A stretch of 64,000 bases of DNA from Oligoflexales bacterium. GTDB taxonomy: Bacteria > Bdellovibrionota_B > Oligoflexia > Oligoflexales > Bog-1112. How positions within the stretch are numbered: the stretch's first letter is position 1; each line of letters begins with the position of its first letter. Under the pieces are notes generated by a model, which saw only the letters and a list, made by a program, of their open reading frames with translations, was not told where the DNA came from and did not search any database. Shown piece after piece: positions 39,911-49,610 of the stretch. The position numbers and the translations under genes were made by a program. The DNA lies in the NCBI GenBank assembly GCA_045106415.1, contig JBGCEP010000027.1:1-64000 (forward strand), read 5' to 3'.

Positions 39911-40948
39911 ATGTTGTCTACTATTTTAAATCTTATAAAACTAGTCATGTCTAGCTTTATTCGTCAAATTCGTTATCAAGTCATTCGAGAAAGCTCTATT
40001 TTTTTCAGCATGGCTATTTTTTTATTATTAATTCGATATATTTCACAAGATTTCCTAAACAAAATACTCCATCAAATATCAGCACCTATGTATGAACAAG
40101 CGACAACTCTATGGGTTTATTCAGTCATGATTATGAGCTCATGGGGTCTACGATTAAGTTTTACAGAGCAATCCATAAGCCAGTTCGCTAGCTTTTATTC
40201 TACTCCTAAAAATCCACTTTTCTTTTTTAAGATTCTGGAAAAATTCATCATACCCTTGTTGATATTAATGATTATCGGATCTTTACTAGGACTTTCTTTT
40301 CAGTACAGTTTTCATATTTCTTATCTTTTCATTTTATGCCTTTGTATTTTATATATCCCGAAGCATACACGATCGATTCACGGACTTCCTTTTCACCCTT
40401 CAAATACAGCTATAGGTACTCAAATAAGATGGAGACTATCTCAAATCATCAGATCTGAATGGTCTCAAGTCAGCCTTCTTCTATTTACAATGATTATTCC
40501 TTGGATTCTTTCTAATTATCCAAAACTTTACCAGCAAGCCCTATGGGTGTGGGTTCTCAGTTTTGGCTACGCACTCGTCATTATCAAGGGGATGTCACAA
40601 GCTCTTAAAAACTCTCATTTTGAAAAAACAGCTGGTCTTTCTCATGTCACATGGCTTTTCAGTTTTGAAATTACAATTCTCATTTTATCTCTTATACCAA
40701 GCAGCCTTATATTCTACGCGACACAAAACGCACACTTATGCTTCATCATGCTTGCAACTCCATGGCTTGTTCCATGGGTTCTACTGCAACTTGATGGAAA
40801 ACGACCTGCACTTGTGATACCGAGCTTATGGTTGTGTTCAATTTTTTGGTCAACAGCCCTTCTCGCACATCCTGCTTTTATTATCTGTGCTTTTCCAATT
40901 CGAGCTTTTGGATACCAATCACAACATGATCGATTTTACGGAGCTTAA
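39911..40948 (+). CDS. Polytopic membrane protein, probable ABC exporter permease
   Basis: About 10 TM segments; 2 nt upstream of an ABC ATPase. Confidence 0.6.
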   Translation: MLSTILNLIKLVMSSFIRQIRYQVIRESSIFFSMAIFLLLIRYISQDFLNKILHQISAPMYEQATTLWVYSVMIMSSWGLRLSFTEQSISQFASFYSTPKNPLFFFKILEKFIIPLLILMIIGSLLGLSFQYSFHISYLFILCLCILYIPKHTRSIHGLPFHPSNTAIGTQIRWRLSQIIRSEWSQVSLLLFTMIIPWILSNYPKLYQQALWVWVLSFGYALVIIKGMSQALKNSHFEKTAGLSHVTWLFSFEITILILSLIPSSLIFYATQNAHLCFIMLATPWLVPWVLLQLDGKRPALVIPSLWLCSIFWSTALLAHPAFIICAFPIRAFGYQSQHDRFYGA

Positions 40949-40950
40949 AA

Positions 40951-41637
40951 ATGAATATTTCTGTTAAAAAACTTGAAAAGAAATATCCTGAATTTCAACT
41001 TGGCCCTCTTAACTTTGAGTGGGAGCAAGGCCAAAATATTGTGATTATTGGTGGCAATGGCGCTGGAAAGTCAACACTCTTTCAAATTTTAACTGGCCAA
41101 AAAAGCTATGATTGCGGACAAGTTTATATCAACAAGCAACAAATGACAACTCATTCTCACGAACTCAAAAAAAGCATTGGGTACCTCCCACAGAACCTTA
41201 CTCTTCCACCATGGTCAACGCCTCTCGAGGTTCTCAATTATGTCCGCCACCTCCACAGCTCAAAACAATCAGCCAATGAACTACTAAAAATATGGGACTG
41301 CCATGAATTTGCAAATAAACCCCTCAACATGTGTTCCCACGGTATGCACAAACGTGTTGGATTAGCTCTTTGCACAATACATGACCCAAGCATCCTTATT
41401 TTAGACGAGCCTTTTTCTGGCTTAGATCTCTACCATCTCAAGACATTGCACCAGCTTTTAGAAGCAAGACATTCGCAAGGTCTCATGACTATTTTAGCAA
41501 CACACATCGCTCCCTATGCAGCCCGTTATGCGCAACAAGCTTGGCACATGAATCAAGGGTCTCTTACTCAAGTCAAAACATGGCCAACACTAACAACAGA
41601 TAAAAAAATAACCCTTATGGAAGAAACTTTCTCATAA
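40951..41637 (+). CDS. ABC transporter ATP-binding protein
   Basis: GGNGAGKST, CSHGM, ILDEPFSGLD. Confidence 0.92.
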   Translation: MNISVKKLEKKYPEFQLGPLNFEWEQGQNIVIIGGNGAGKSTLFQILTGQKSYDCGQVYINKQQMTTHSHELKKSIGYLPQNLTLPPWSTPLEVLNYVRHLHSSKQSANELLKIWDCHEFANKPLNMCSHGMHKRVGLALCTIHDPSILILDEPFSGLDLYHLKTLHQLLEARHSQGLMTILATHIAPYAARYAQQAWHMNQGSLTQVKTWPTLTTDKKITLMEETFS

Positions 41638-41664
41638 GAGTCACCTAAAATCATGATCAAAGAT

Positions 41665-43704
41665 CTATAACTTTTTATCTTTTCCTTTAGCTAATTGTTC
41701 TGCTTTTAATTTTTTCAAAAGAGGAACTTCAACAATATCTACTTTTTTCTTCTTCAACACCCGAATATAATCTGTTGCTATTCTTAACGATTCTTGAAGG
41801 TAAGGGTCATCTGGTAAAGATTCAACAACTTCATCTGTTGGCTGTTCTGCTTCTTTATTGTCTTTCTCACTGTGAGAGTCTGTATTTTTTTCTTCTTTCA
41901 AAGAAACTTTTGTTCGAGCTTCTTTATCTTTTCGGAACTCTAGAATAGCTTCTCGAATCTCCGCAAAGTTTTCATCTTGATCAACTCGATGACTGCTAAC
42001 TTTTTTCAGCTCGGCAACATATGGGGTTACTTTATGATAATTGGGGTATTGAGCAGGTGTCGTCACATCCCATTCTAAAGCATGCTTATAATGCTCTTCA
42101 CCAATTTCCAGCTCATTTGCCATTGAGGGTAGAACAATATCTGACTCGACACCTCTTAGTTGAGTGCTATCTCCTGAGGGTCGATAAAATCTACGAATTG
42201 TAACTTTCAGGGCTCCCATATCATTTTCTAGATCATGAAGATTTTGTACTGTCCCCTTCCCAAAAGTATGGTCCCCTCCAACAATGAGTCCTCGTTCATA
42301 ATCTTTAATAGCTCCAGCAAAAATTTCACTAGCACTTGCAGACTGCCTATCAACCATAACAAGAAGGGGTCCGTCATAAAAACTTTTCCCTCCATCTTGG
42401 TCATAACTGACATGAGGCTTCTCTTCTTGCCCTCCTTTAATTTGTACAACAGGAGCTTTATCAACAAAAAGCCCAGCTATATTAATAGCTTCATCAAGAC
42501 TCCCCCCCCCATTAGAACGCAAATCAACGATCATGCCATCAATTTTTTGCTCTGATAGACTCATCATTTCTTTCCACACATCTCTCGAAGAACTTCTAAA
42601 ATTCTCTTGTCTCGCTTGACGGCCTTCAAAATCTATATAAAAAGAAGGAAGTGAAATAAGGCCTATTTTGTAGGTTTCTTCCCCTACTTTTGTGTCATAC
42701 ACTTTCGAGCTTGCAGCTCTATCTGCTAAAACAATCTTTTCTCTCACTATAGCAATCTGATGATTCTTTTTACGCCCCTCATCTCGCCGAATATGGAGCA
42801 AGACAGTGCTACCCCCGGGGCCTCTTATCAACTTAACGACATCTGGAAGATACATATCAATAACATCAACAGGCTCCCCTTTAGCACCTTGTGCAACCGC
42901 TACAATTTTATCTCCAACTTTAAGTTGACCTTGGCGCGCAGCTGCTCCACCTTTCACAATGCTCGAAACAGTTGTTAAACCATCATCAGAGTGAAGGACT
43001 GCGCCAATACCTTCTAGAGAAAGTCGCGTATTAATTCTAAAATTATCAAGTTGTTCGCGACTATAATAGCTTGAATGAGGATCTAAAGCTGTTGCTATTG
43101 CATTAAGTAATGTGCTGTATGTATCGTCAGTAGAGAGCTCAGATGTTCTTTTTCGAAGAAGTTGAAAACGCTTTGCTAATTTTTCACGTATTTTTTTATC
43201 ATCCGACAAAGCTTCTTTTAATTGGCGATATTGATACTTAACTCTCTTTCTCCAGCGATCCTTAAGTTCTTTAGAATCTTCAGCCCATGTCACAACATCT
43301 CTATCAATAACCATGTATTCATCAAGTGTAAAATCAAATTTTCTCTGGATCAATTTATCAATATCAGCCTGCCTTTCTTCAAACCTTTTCATATAAACAC
43401 GCACGACATCGTCAACATTATGGCACCTGACCTGTTTAATATCTTTGAATAGAGTCGGCACATACTGTTTCTGAAATTTTTCAATATCTGATTTTAGAAA
43501 ATACAATTTTCCAGGATCCCAAGCTTTGATATAATTATCCAGAGCTTTTTTAGCTAAGTCTTCATTAAACTTTTGCTGTGAAATGTGAAGTTCCAATGTC
43601 CGATCGGAAATTTTTCGGACATGACCACAGGTAATCCCTTGAGCTCTCTGTGTGGAGCCCCACAAAAAACATAGAACTATAAGAGAGCAAACTCGGTTCG
43701 TCAC
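41665..43704 (-). CDS. prc: Tail-specific protease (S41)
   Basis: DPHSSY, LSLEGIGA, PDZ, DLRSNGGGSL, SASASEIFA, TFGKGTVQ. Confidence 0.95.
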   Translation of the reverse strand: MTNRVCSLIVLCFLWGSTQRAQGITCGHVRKISDRTLELHISQQKFNEDLAKKALDNYIKAWDPGKLYFLKSDIEKFQKQYVPTLFKDIKQVRCHNVDDVVRVYMKRFEERQADIDKLIQRKFDFTLDEYMVIDRDVVTWAEDSKELKDRWRKRVKYQYRQLKEALSDDKKIREKLAKRFQLLRKRTSELSTDDTYSTLLNAIATALDPHSSYYSREQLDNFRINTRLSLEGIGAVLHSDDGLTTVSSIVKGGAAARQGQLKVGDKIVAVAQGAKGEPVDVIDMYLPDVVKLIRGPGGSTVLLHIRRDEGRKKNHQIAIVREKIVLADRAASSKVYDTKVGEETYKIGLISLPSFYIDFEGRQARQENFRSSSRDVWKEMMSLSEQKIDGMIVDLRSNGGGSLDEAINIAGLFVDKAPVVQIKGGQEEKPHVSYDQDGGKSFYDGPLLVMVDRQSASASEIFAGAIKDYERGLIVGGDHTFGKGTVQNLHDLENDMGALKVTIRRFYRPSGDSTQLRGVESDIVLPSMANELEIGEEHYKHALEWDVTTPAQYPNYHKVTPYVAELKKVSSHRVDQDENFAEIREAILEFRKDKEARTKVSLKEEKNTDSHSEKDNKEAEQPTDEVVESLPDDPYLQESLRIATDYIRVLKKKKVDIVEVPLLKKLKAEQLAKGKDKKL

Positions 43705-43842
43705 AAAATCCTCCCCGTTAAATCAGCAGATGGAACCATAAATTAAGCATCGGGGTATCACGACGAGATCTTAAACCGCAAACTTTGCCGATACGCTTAT
43801 CACTTCTTGCCTTCACCATTATTAACCCGAACTCTTCGCGTT

Positions 43843-43869
43843 TCAAGACTCAATCATTACAGCCGATAA
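43843..43869 (+). promoter_or_regulatory. sigma-28-like promoter
   Basis: TCAAG-N14-GCCGATAA (consensus -10), 20 nt before the ATG at 43890. Confidence 0.7.
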
Positions 43870-43889
43870 GTCTATTACGGAGGTTAGAC

Positions 43890-45497
43890 ATGAGAGAGCA
43901 CCACGTTATATGGTTAACTCGCAGGCCTGTTAAAGAGAGAGCAGAAGAATTACTCCGCTATGGTTATAAAGTCACATTTTGTCAAAACATCGAAGATATT
44001 TTAAAAATTTTCGAAAAACGACGCGCTGGCATCATTATTATTTCTGATGATATCGAATTTGGTTACTCCTGGGTAGAAACTTTAACACATCACCCTGAAA
44101 CTCGGGCCTCAAGGTTCATCTTATCACTAGAACAACAAAATACAGGTTTATATGAGTATGCGGCAAGCTATAACTTTCGAGATTTAATCCCTTTTTCAAT
44201 ATCTAACAAATCTTGGTGTCAAAGATTTATCTTTGCAGCGTCCACATTAGCCATAGAATCACCACAACCAACTCATGTTCTTGGTGTGCAACAAGTTGCA
44301 AAACTGAATCTACCTGCTCGAATTATTTGGATATCTCCCAACATGATCTGCCTGGAAGGCCAAATTCAACCACCAATTGGAAGTATCATTCGTATTGGTG
44401 GCGCTATTGCTCAGACACTTGGACTTAAAGTCATCACAGGCACGGTTCATCGGATCCAGCACCGACATCTTTATTACCGCTTTTCAACTTCGATTCTTGT
44501 TCATTGGCGATGCCCTGCAACACCACAAGCAAAGCAGGCTCTCCATCACCTACATCAGAAAGATCTTGGAAAACGTTTCAGAGTTCTGCTTGTCATGTCT
44601 TCTTCACACAATAGGCGCACAATAGCAAATCGTTTAAATAGCAAATACTATGAAACACACTCACTATTACGCATGAAAAGGCTTGTCCAAGAAGTTAACT
44701 TTCTTTCTCCTCATGCTATTTTTATAGAAGCTCCCCTTTGCCGAAAACCAGAATTTGAACAAATGATGGCCGTACTCGATCATGACACCCCTATTTTCAT
44801 TCTTGGGTCTCCTCAAGAGGCTGGCGTCGACAGCACTCACATCACTTTTCTTCCTCATATACCTGCAAACCCTGGGGCATTATTTGGTAGTGAAATCTCT
44901 GATCAATCTCACAACGGCAAAGATGCTATTTACCTACAACCACATGATGAAGCATCGTTTGCAAAAATTATTCTCCCAACTCATATCACTGGAGTTCATC
45001 CTGAGCACATAGAATTTTCCTTACCTTTTAAAGTAAATTCTTTTGCTCTCGCTTATATGGTCAGTCCTTTTCTACACACAACGTCACAAAGAGGTCTCTG
45101 GCTCAAAGTTACAAATATTGCGCCTCACAATACAGAAAATAAAAAAATGCATTTCAAAGCATCTGCACACCTAGCTGATTTATCTGCGCAAGAAAAATAT
45201 AATTTAGGTACAAAATTAATTCAATTTTATGAAGAGCAGCTTCATTATGATTGGGATAAGCCTGAAAATTTCAGCTTACCTGAAGTTCAGCCTGTCATAA
45301 AAAAGAAACCCACTAAACTGCCCCCTAAAAATGGGTCTTTATTAAAGAATCTTAAATATTTATTTATATTTTTAGCTATTAATCTATCTGTTTACACCAT
45401 TTTTTCTTTAGCCCTACCCTATCTAAGAGAAAGCTTTGAAAAATCAGGATCTGTCTATACAGATCAAATTAAAAAGTTTCAAAACAGAAGTAAATAA
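43890..45497 (+). CDS. Hypothetical protein: receiver-like/PilZ-like repeats, C-terminal TM
   Basis: GGAGG RBS before the ATG at 43890; alternating alpha/beta and beta-rich domains; TM YLFIFLAINLSVYTIFSLAL. Confidence 0.6.
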   Translation: MREHHVIWLTRRPVKERAEELLRYGYKVTFCQNIEDILKIFEKRRAGIIIISDDIEFGYSWVETLTHHPETRASRFILSLEQQNTGLYEYAASYNFRDLIPFSISNKSWCQRFIFAASTLAIESPQPTHVLGVQQVAKLNLPARIIWISPNMICLEGQIQPPIGSIIRIGGAIAQTLGLKVITGTVHRIQHRHLYYRFSTSILVHWRCPATPQAKQALHHLHQKDLGKRFRVLLVMSSSHNRRTIANRLNSKYYETHSLLRMKRLVQEVNFLSPHAIFIEAPLCRKPEFEQMMAVLDHDTPIFILGSPQEAGVDSTHITFLPHIPANPGALFGSEISDQSHNGKDAIYLQPHDEASFAKIILPTHITGVHPEHIEFSLPFKVNSFALAYMVSPFLHTTSQRGLWLKVTNIAPHNTENKKMHFKASAHLADLSAQEKYNLGTKLIQFYEEQLHYDWDKPENFSLPEVQPVIKKKPTKLPPKNGSLLKNLKYLFIFLAINLSVYTIFSLALPYLRESFEKSGSVYTDQIKKFQNRSK

Positions 45498-45520
45498 CTA
45501 AGATTTTATAGAACATTATT

Positions 45521-46225
45521 CTAAAACATCTCTCGGCGCGCAAATAAAACACCTGCGGAAAGTCCATCTTGATTACGCATAATTTCTGCACCCCAAAGTG
45601 GATTATGCTCTAAGGTTTTTTTAAGAGAAAGTCTTATTGTTCTTTCTGTCATCTCATCAAGACAACCATCAAGTGCAGCATAACTACGCACGTTCTCTTT
45701 ATCTAATAAGTTAAGAATCTTTGAAAAAAAATTCTCTAATACTTTCTCTCGCACGATCAGCCCAGCACATGTTCGAAAAGGTTGCCACCACCAATATGGT
45801 TTTTCACAGACACATAACCCACAGCGCAACGTTATAATTTGAAAAGATTTCTGCGGGAATATAAAAGGTTCATTATTGTCTTGACGATAAAAAGAAAAAT
45901 TCGGTGGATGAGGATAAGTTCTAGAACTTATCGGATGAATATCGGTTCCCACAACCTCTAATTCAGAAGGATTAAACAAACCTGCTAAACGAATAGGTGA
46001 GAGGTCTCCTCCTATGGATAAAGCCAAAATTTTGTGAATACCATACAAACGGTAAAAATGACGAACATCTGCAGAGTGCGCAAGAGGCATAAGAGACATC
46101 GACCACAGCTTTTTTAAAGATCCAAAACGTTGTGTAGAGTCGCTTTCTTTTTTAATTTTTTCAGAAGGGTTTGACTCAACAACAGCTGTACAGAGCAATA
46201 AATAAAAACATAGTAAAACCTTCAC
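45521..46225 (-). CDS. Hypothetical protein, class I SAM-methyltransferase-like
   Basis: Probable GTG start at 46225 (GAGAGGA RBS); ILALSIGG, VVGTDI, D-x-x-x-PF-x-FP-x-x-SF. Confidence 0.45.
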   Translation of the reverse strand: MKVLLCFYLLLCTAVVESNPSEKIKKESDSTQRFGSLKKLWSMSLMPLAHSADVRHFYRLYGIHKILALSIGGDLSPIRLAGLFNPSELEVVGTDIHPISSRTYPHPPNFSFYRQDNNEPFIFPQKSFQIITLRCGLCVCEKPYWWWQPFRTCAGLIVREKVLENFFSKILNLLDKENVRSYAALDGCLDEMTERTIRLSLKKTLEHNPLWGAEIMRNQDGLSAGVLFARREMF

Positions 46226-46235
46226 AGAAATCCTC

Positions 46236-47303
46236 TCAAACAGCCCAAATTCCGTCGATGAATAGACCCACACCTTGTTTATGGTAGCTAGCATTAAACT
46301 CAGGGAGAGATTGACCATCATCTCCATAAATACCCAAAAAACCAACCCTAAGCCCATGCCCAGGTTCGCCGAGTAATGAATAAATAGCCAAAGCTGTATA
46401 TGGAATTCTATCTAAGTTTACAAATGCGTTTTCAGAATAAGAAAGCGTTCTATGTCGTAACGCTACACCAATTCCTGTCATTTCTGTCCGCAAATAAATA
46501 TCTAAATAATCTCCATGAACAGGGATACCTTCTTCACTTTCTGGACCTCCTTCACCTGCTTGTACAACCATAAAATCAATATCGATTTTTGCTGGGCCCG
46601 CCCAAAAATTTCCACTCACACCGTAATGACCTGGTATATAAATAGAAGACGAGCCCTCTATAGTCGTACCGTCTGACCCTATTTTCTCAAAACGTCTTTG
46701 TTTATTTCCTGAGCCTTGTCGAAAATAAAAACTCCCACTCCACTGATTCGAGCGCTTTACAATAGCAATACGCGGTGTATATAAATTTGCATCCTCTATT
46801 TTTGTTTCAGATGAAATCGCATTTGAGGTTTGTTTTTCTAACTCTGACCCTGAATAGCTATCATGCAACCCCAGAGCTATTTCCAAACCTTTAGGATTAA
46901 CAAAAGTATAATCAACAGCTGTATCTAGCCTTAGTACTTTATTTTCTACAGGAGATTTCGGGGGTTGTTCTTCTTCTTTTTTAATAACCTGGTGAAAAAG
47001 CTCAATCGCCACCCTCAGACCACCTGTACCTAAGAATACATCCTTGCCGCATGCAAAATAGTTGGTAACCCGTCTATCAAAAAACTTTGTCCCAGGGGGT
47101 GTTGTTTCAATAGATTGATCGACACCTAAGCTTTCAAATTGAGACCAAAAATTCGATTGTTTTTCATAATTTAATAACTGAATGCCTCGACGTTGTCCTA
47201 AGACATCTTGAATATCAGATGATAAAAGAGGCCAAGAAAAAAAGGCGCAACAAAACAGCATTATACATATCGTTTTTAAAAATTCCGCCTTAAACAAAGC
47301 CAC
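46236..47303 (-). CDS. Hypothetical exported protein, probable beta-barrel
   Basis: Signal peptide; amphipathic strands through to the C-terminus. Confidence 0.55.
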   Translation of the reverse strand: MALFKAEFLKTICIMLFCCAFFSWPLLSSDIQDVLGQRRGIQLLNYEKQSNFWSQFESLGVDQSIETTPPGTKFFDRRVTNYFACGKDVFLGTGGLRVAIELFHQVIKKEEEQPPKSPVENKVLRLDTAVDYTFVNPKGLEIALGLHDSYSGSELEKQTSNAISSETKIEDANLYTPRIAIVKRSNQWSGSFYFRQGSGNKQRRFEKIGSDGTTIEGSSSIYIPGHYGVSGNFWAGPAKIDIDFMVVQAGEGGPESEEGIPVHGDYLDIYLRTEMTGIGVALRHRTLSYSENAFVNLDRIPYTALAIYSLLGEPGHGLRVGFLGIYGDDGQSLPEFNASYHKQGVGLFIDGIWAV

Positions 47304-47374
47304 CTCCTGGTTATACCCAGCATCATTGCAGCTCTATCATAGCGATCACTTTTCTTTTTGTCATGAAGGGATCT

Positions 47375-48427
47375 TTAATTTTCCTCTGGAAGAATTATTT
47401 TAAAACTTTCATCAATAGCAAGTTGAATCCCAGAGGTATAATTTTGCCCATCAAACTCACAATGCCCGAAGTCATCTTTAATTTGATTTGTTTGCGGATT
47501 TTCCACAGCTCCCAATGCTCCTAATGCTTGCTGATATGCAGCAACACTTGCTTCAACAGAACTACGAATATCTGCTCTTCCCACCTCATTTGTACTTTCC
47601 CAATGCAAACGATAAGTCTTTAAAAAACTCTCTCCATCTGGAGATGAAAAATCAAACTGCGGAGCTCTACCACCACACATCATGAAAGCACCCCCTGTCT
47701 TATACTTAGCGCCATATAGTGGAATAAAGGCACCCGTCATAAAGTAAGACCCTCCCGACACTGTTGAAAAATAAATACGATCAAGGTCAATATTGTATTT
47801 TTTCAACAGTTCATTTTGAATCAATTCATCAACATATAGAGCAAAGTTTTGTCCATCTCTATTCCAACTTGTGCCTTGATTAGGAGAACGTACTGTCACA
47901 CCAATCAAATTATAGCGTGTCTCCACATTTGGAAAATCAGTATACCCTCCCCCACCATCTCCATGTAGATGAATATGCAAACCATAAACTTTTTGAGAAA
48001 CATCTTCTGGTGCATTAATTTTATAGGTACTGGATAAGTTATTACTAGAGTCAAAGCTGACTTCATTCATTCCTGTCAGCCCTCCCTCTCCATTTGAGGA
48101 TATGATAGGATCTTCAACCATCTCTTCTTCAACAGCAACCTCTGTTTGTTGGTTTTCTTCTATGGTATCGTTTTTTTCATTTTCTATCTCAATTGATTTA
48201 TTCTTAGTTTCCGTTTTCTTTCGCTTCGAAGAATTTTTTTCAACATCACGGCCCTTCTGTCTTGAAGATAAATCTTGCTCGATACGTAAAGTAGAATCCT
48301 CACTCTCGAAAGAAGATGTTTTTGTTGCCACCTGACTTGATTGGGAAGATAAATCTGTCACACCACAACTTAAAAGAAAGACACAACTTAGATTTATTAT
48401 AAAAGATTTCACGAAACACCCACTCAA
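47375..48427 (-). CDS. Lipoprotein with alpha/beta-hydrolase-like domain
   Basis: LLSC lipobox, low-complexity linker, HLHGDGG, TVSGG nucleophile elbow, late GH. Confidence 0.6.
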   Translation of the reverse strand: MSGCFVKSFIINLSCVFLLSCGVTDLSSQSSQVATKTSSFESEDSTLRIEQDLSSRQKGRDVEKNSSKRKKTETKNKSIEIENEKNDTIEENQQTEVAVEEEMVEDPIISSNGEGGLTGMNEVSFDSSNNLSSTYKINAPEDVSQKVYGLHIHLHGDGGGGYTDFPNVETRYNLIGVTVRSPNQGTSWNRDGQNFALYVDELIQNELLKKYNIDLDRIYFSTVSGGSYFMTGAFIPLYGAKYKTGGAFMMCGGRAPQFDFSSPDGESFLKTYRLHWESTNEVGRADIRSSVEASVAAYQQALGALGAVENPQTNQIKDDFGHCEFDGQNYTSGIQLAIDESFKIILPEEN

Positions 48428-48454
48428 AAGAAGACATGACCATTGACAGTATCC

Positions 48455-48481
48455 GTATCGGTTTTCAGGTCAAACTCTCAA
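48455..48481 (-). promoter_or_regulatory. Weak sigma-28-like promoter
   Basis: TTGAG-N14-ACCGATAC upstream of the lipoprotein. Confidence 0.35.
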
Positions 48482-48926
48482 ATATTTATCTTAAACGCTT
48501 AAAATTTAAGAAGATAAAAGAAAATATAAAGTAAGATTTACGAGATCATAAGAATAAATTTTAAAAATTAATCAAAAAATTTAAGAGCTAAATCGTACTT
48601 TATTGACATCAAAGCTTCCATAATCAAGCAACTGTATTATTTCAGTAATATTCTCTAATTCTTGTGCCCTGACTTAAAAAATCCTAGTCACAACCTCTAT
48701 AAGACATGACACACCGCAACTCTAAAGACTCTACTTTTCATATCACTTGATGTCGATCAGCAAGAAATACATAACCATATAAAGAAGATAAAATGGTTCA
48801 TCAAAAACCTCAAACAAGCAAAAAAAATCTTATAATTTCATTTTATTCGTGAAGAAAAACAGCATAAAAAGGTTGATTTCAAAATCATATATGCCAGAAT
48901 AAAACAAAACAATCTAAGAGGATCTC

Positions 48927-49610
48927 ATGAAAAAACGACTACACCCTCAATGGATAGACTGGATCGGTGACGAATTCAAAAAACCTTACCTTAAAAGTCT
49001 TTTTGAATTTTTAGATAAAGAAACAAAAAATCAAAAAACTATTTTTCCTGAACCTGAAAATATTTTTCAAGCTCTCAATTCAACTCTCCCACAGCATACC
49101 CGGGTAGTTATTTTAGGCCAAGACCCGTATCACGGTCCAGGACAAGCACACGGACTTTCATTTTCGGTACTTCCCGGAATCAAAATTCCACCTTCCTTAA
49201 AAAATATTTACAAAGAACTTAACGAAGACCTTGATATCCACCCAGCCTCTCATGGATATTTATCTTCATGGGCTGAGCAAGGTGTTCTTCTTTTAAATTC
49301 AGTACTCACTGTGGAAGAGTCTCAGGCTGCATCTCATGCAGGAAAAGGATGGGAGACCTTCACGGATAGGATCGTTCACGAACTCAACGAAAGAAAAGAA
49401 CACCTTGTCTTTTTCTTATGGGGGAGCTACGCACAAAAAAAAGGAGCAACGATCAACACAGATAAGCATCTAGTGATACACTCCCCCCATCCCTCTCCCC
49501 TTTCAGCATACCGAGGATTTTTTGGTTCAAAACCTTTTTCTAAAACGAATACATACCTCAAAAAGCACAATATGCCCCCTATTCAATGGGAAATCCCTGA
49601 AACACTATAA
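48927..49610 (+). CDS. ung: Uracil-DNA glycosylase family 1
   Basis: GQDPYH, GVLLLN, HPSPLS. Confidence 0.98.
   Translation: MKKRLHPQWIDWIGDEFKKPYLKSLFEFLDKETKNQKTIFPEPENIFQALNSTLPQHTRVVILGQDPYHGPGQAHGLSFSVLPGIKIPPSLKNIYKELNEDLDIHPASHGYLSSWAEQGVLLLNSVLTVEESQAASHAGKGWETFTDRIVHELNERKEHLVFFLWGSYAQKKGATINTDKHLVIHSPHPSPLSAYRGFFGSKPFSKTNTYLKKHNMPPIQWEIPETL

Noticed and set aside
43771..43794. Additional GCCGATAC box on + strand
   Set aside because: The nearest -35-like TTAAA is only 11 nt away, which is the wrong spacing.
48482..48926. Long AT-rich intergenic region as an ncRNA or origin
   Set aside because: No DnaA-box cluster, stable structure or recognisable RNA motif seen.
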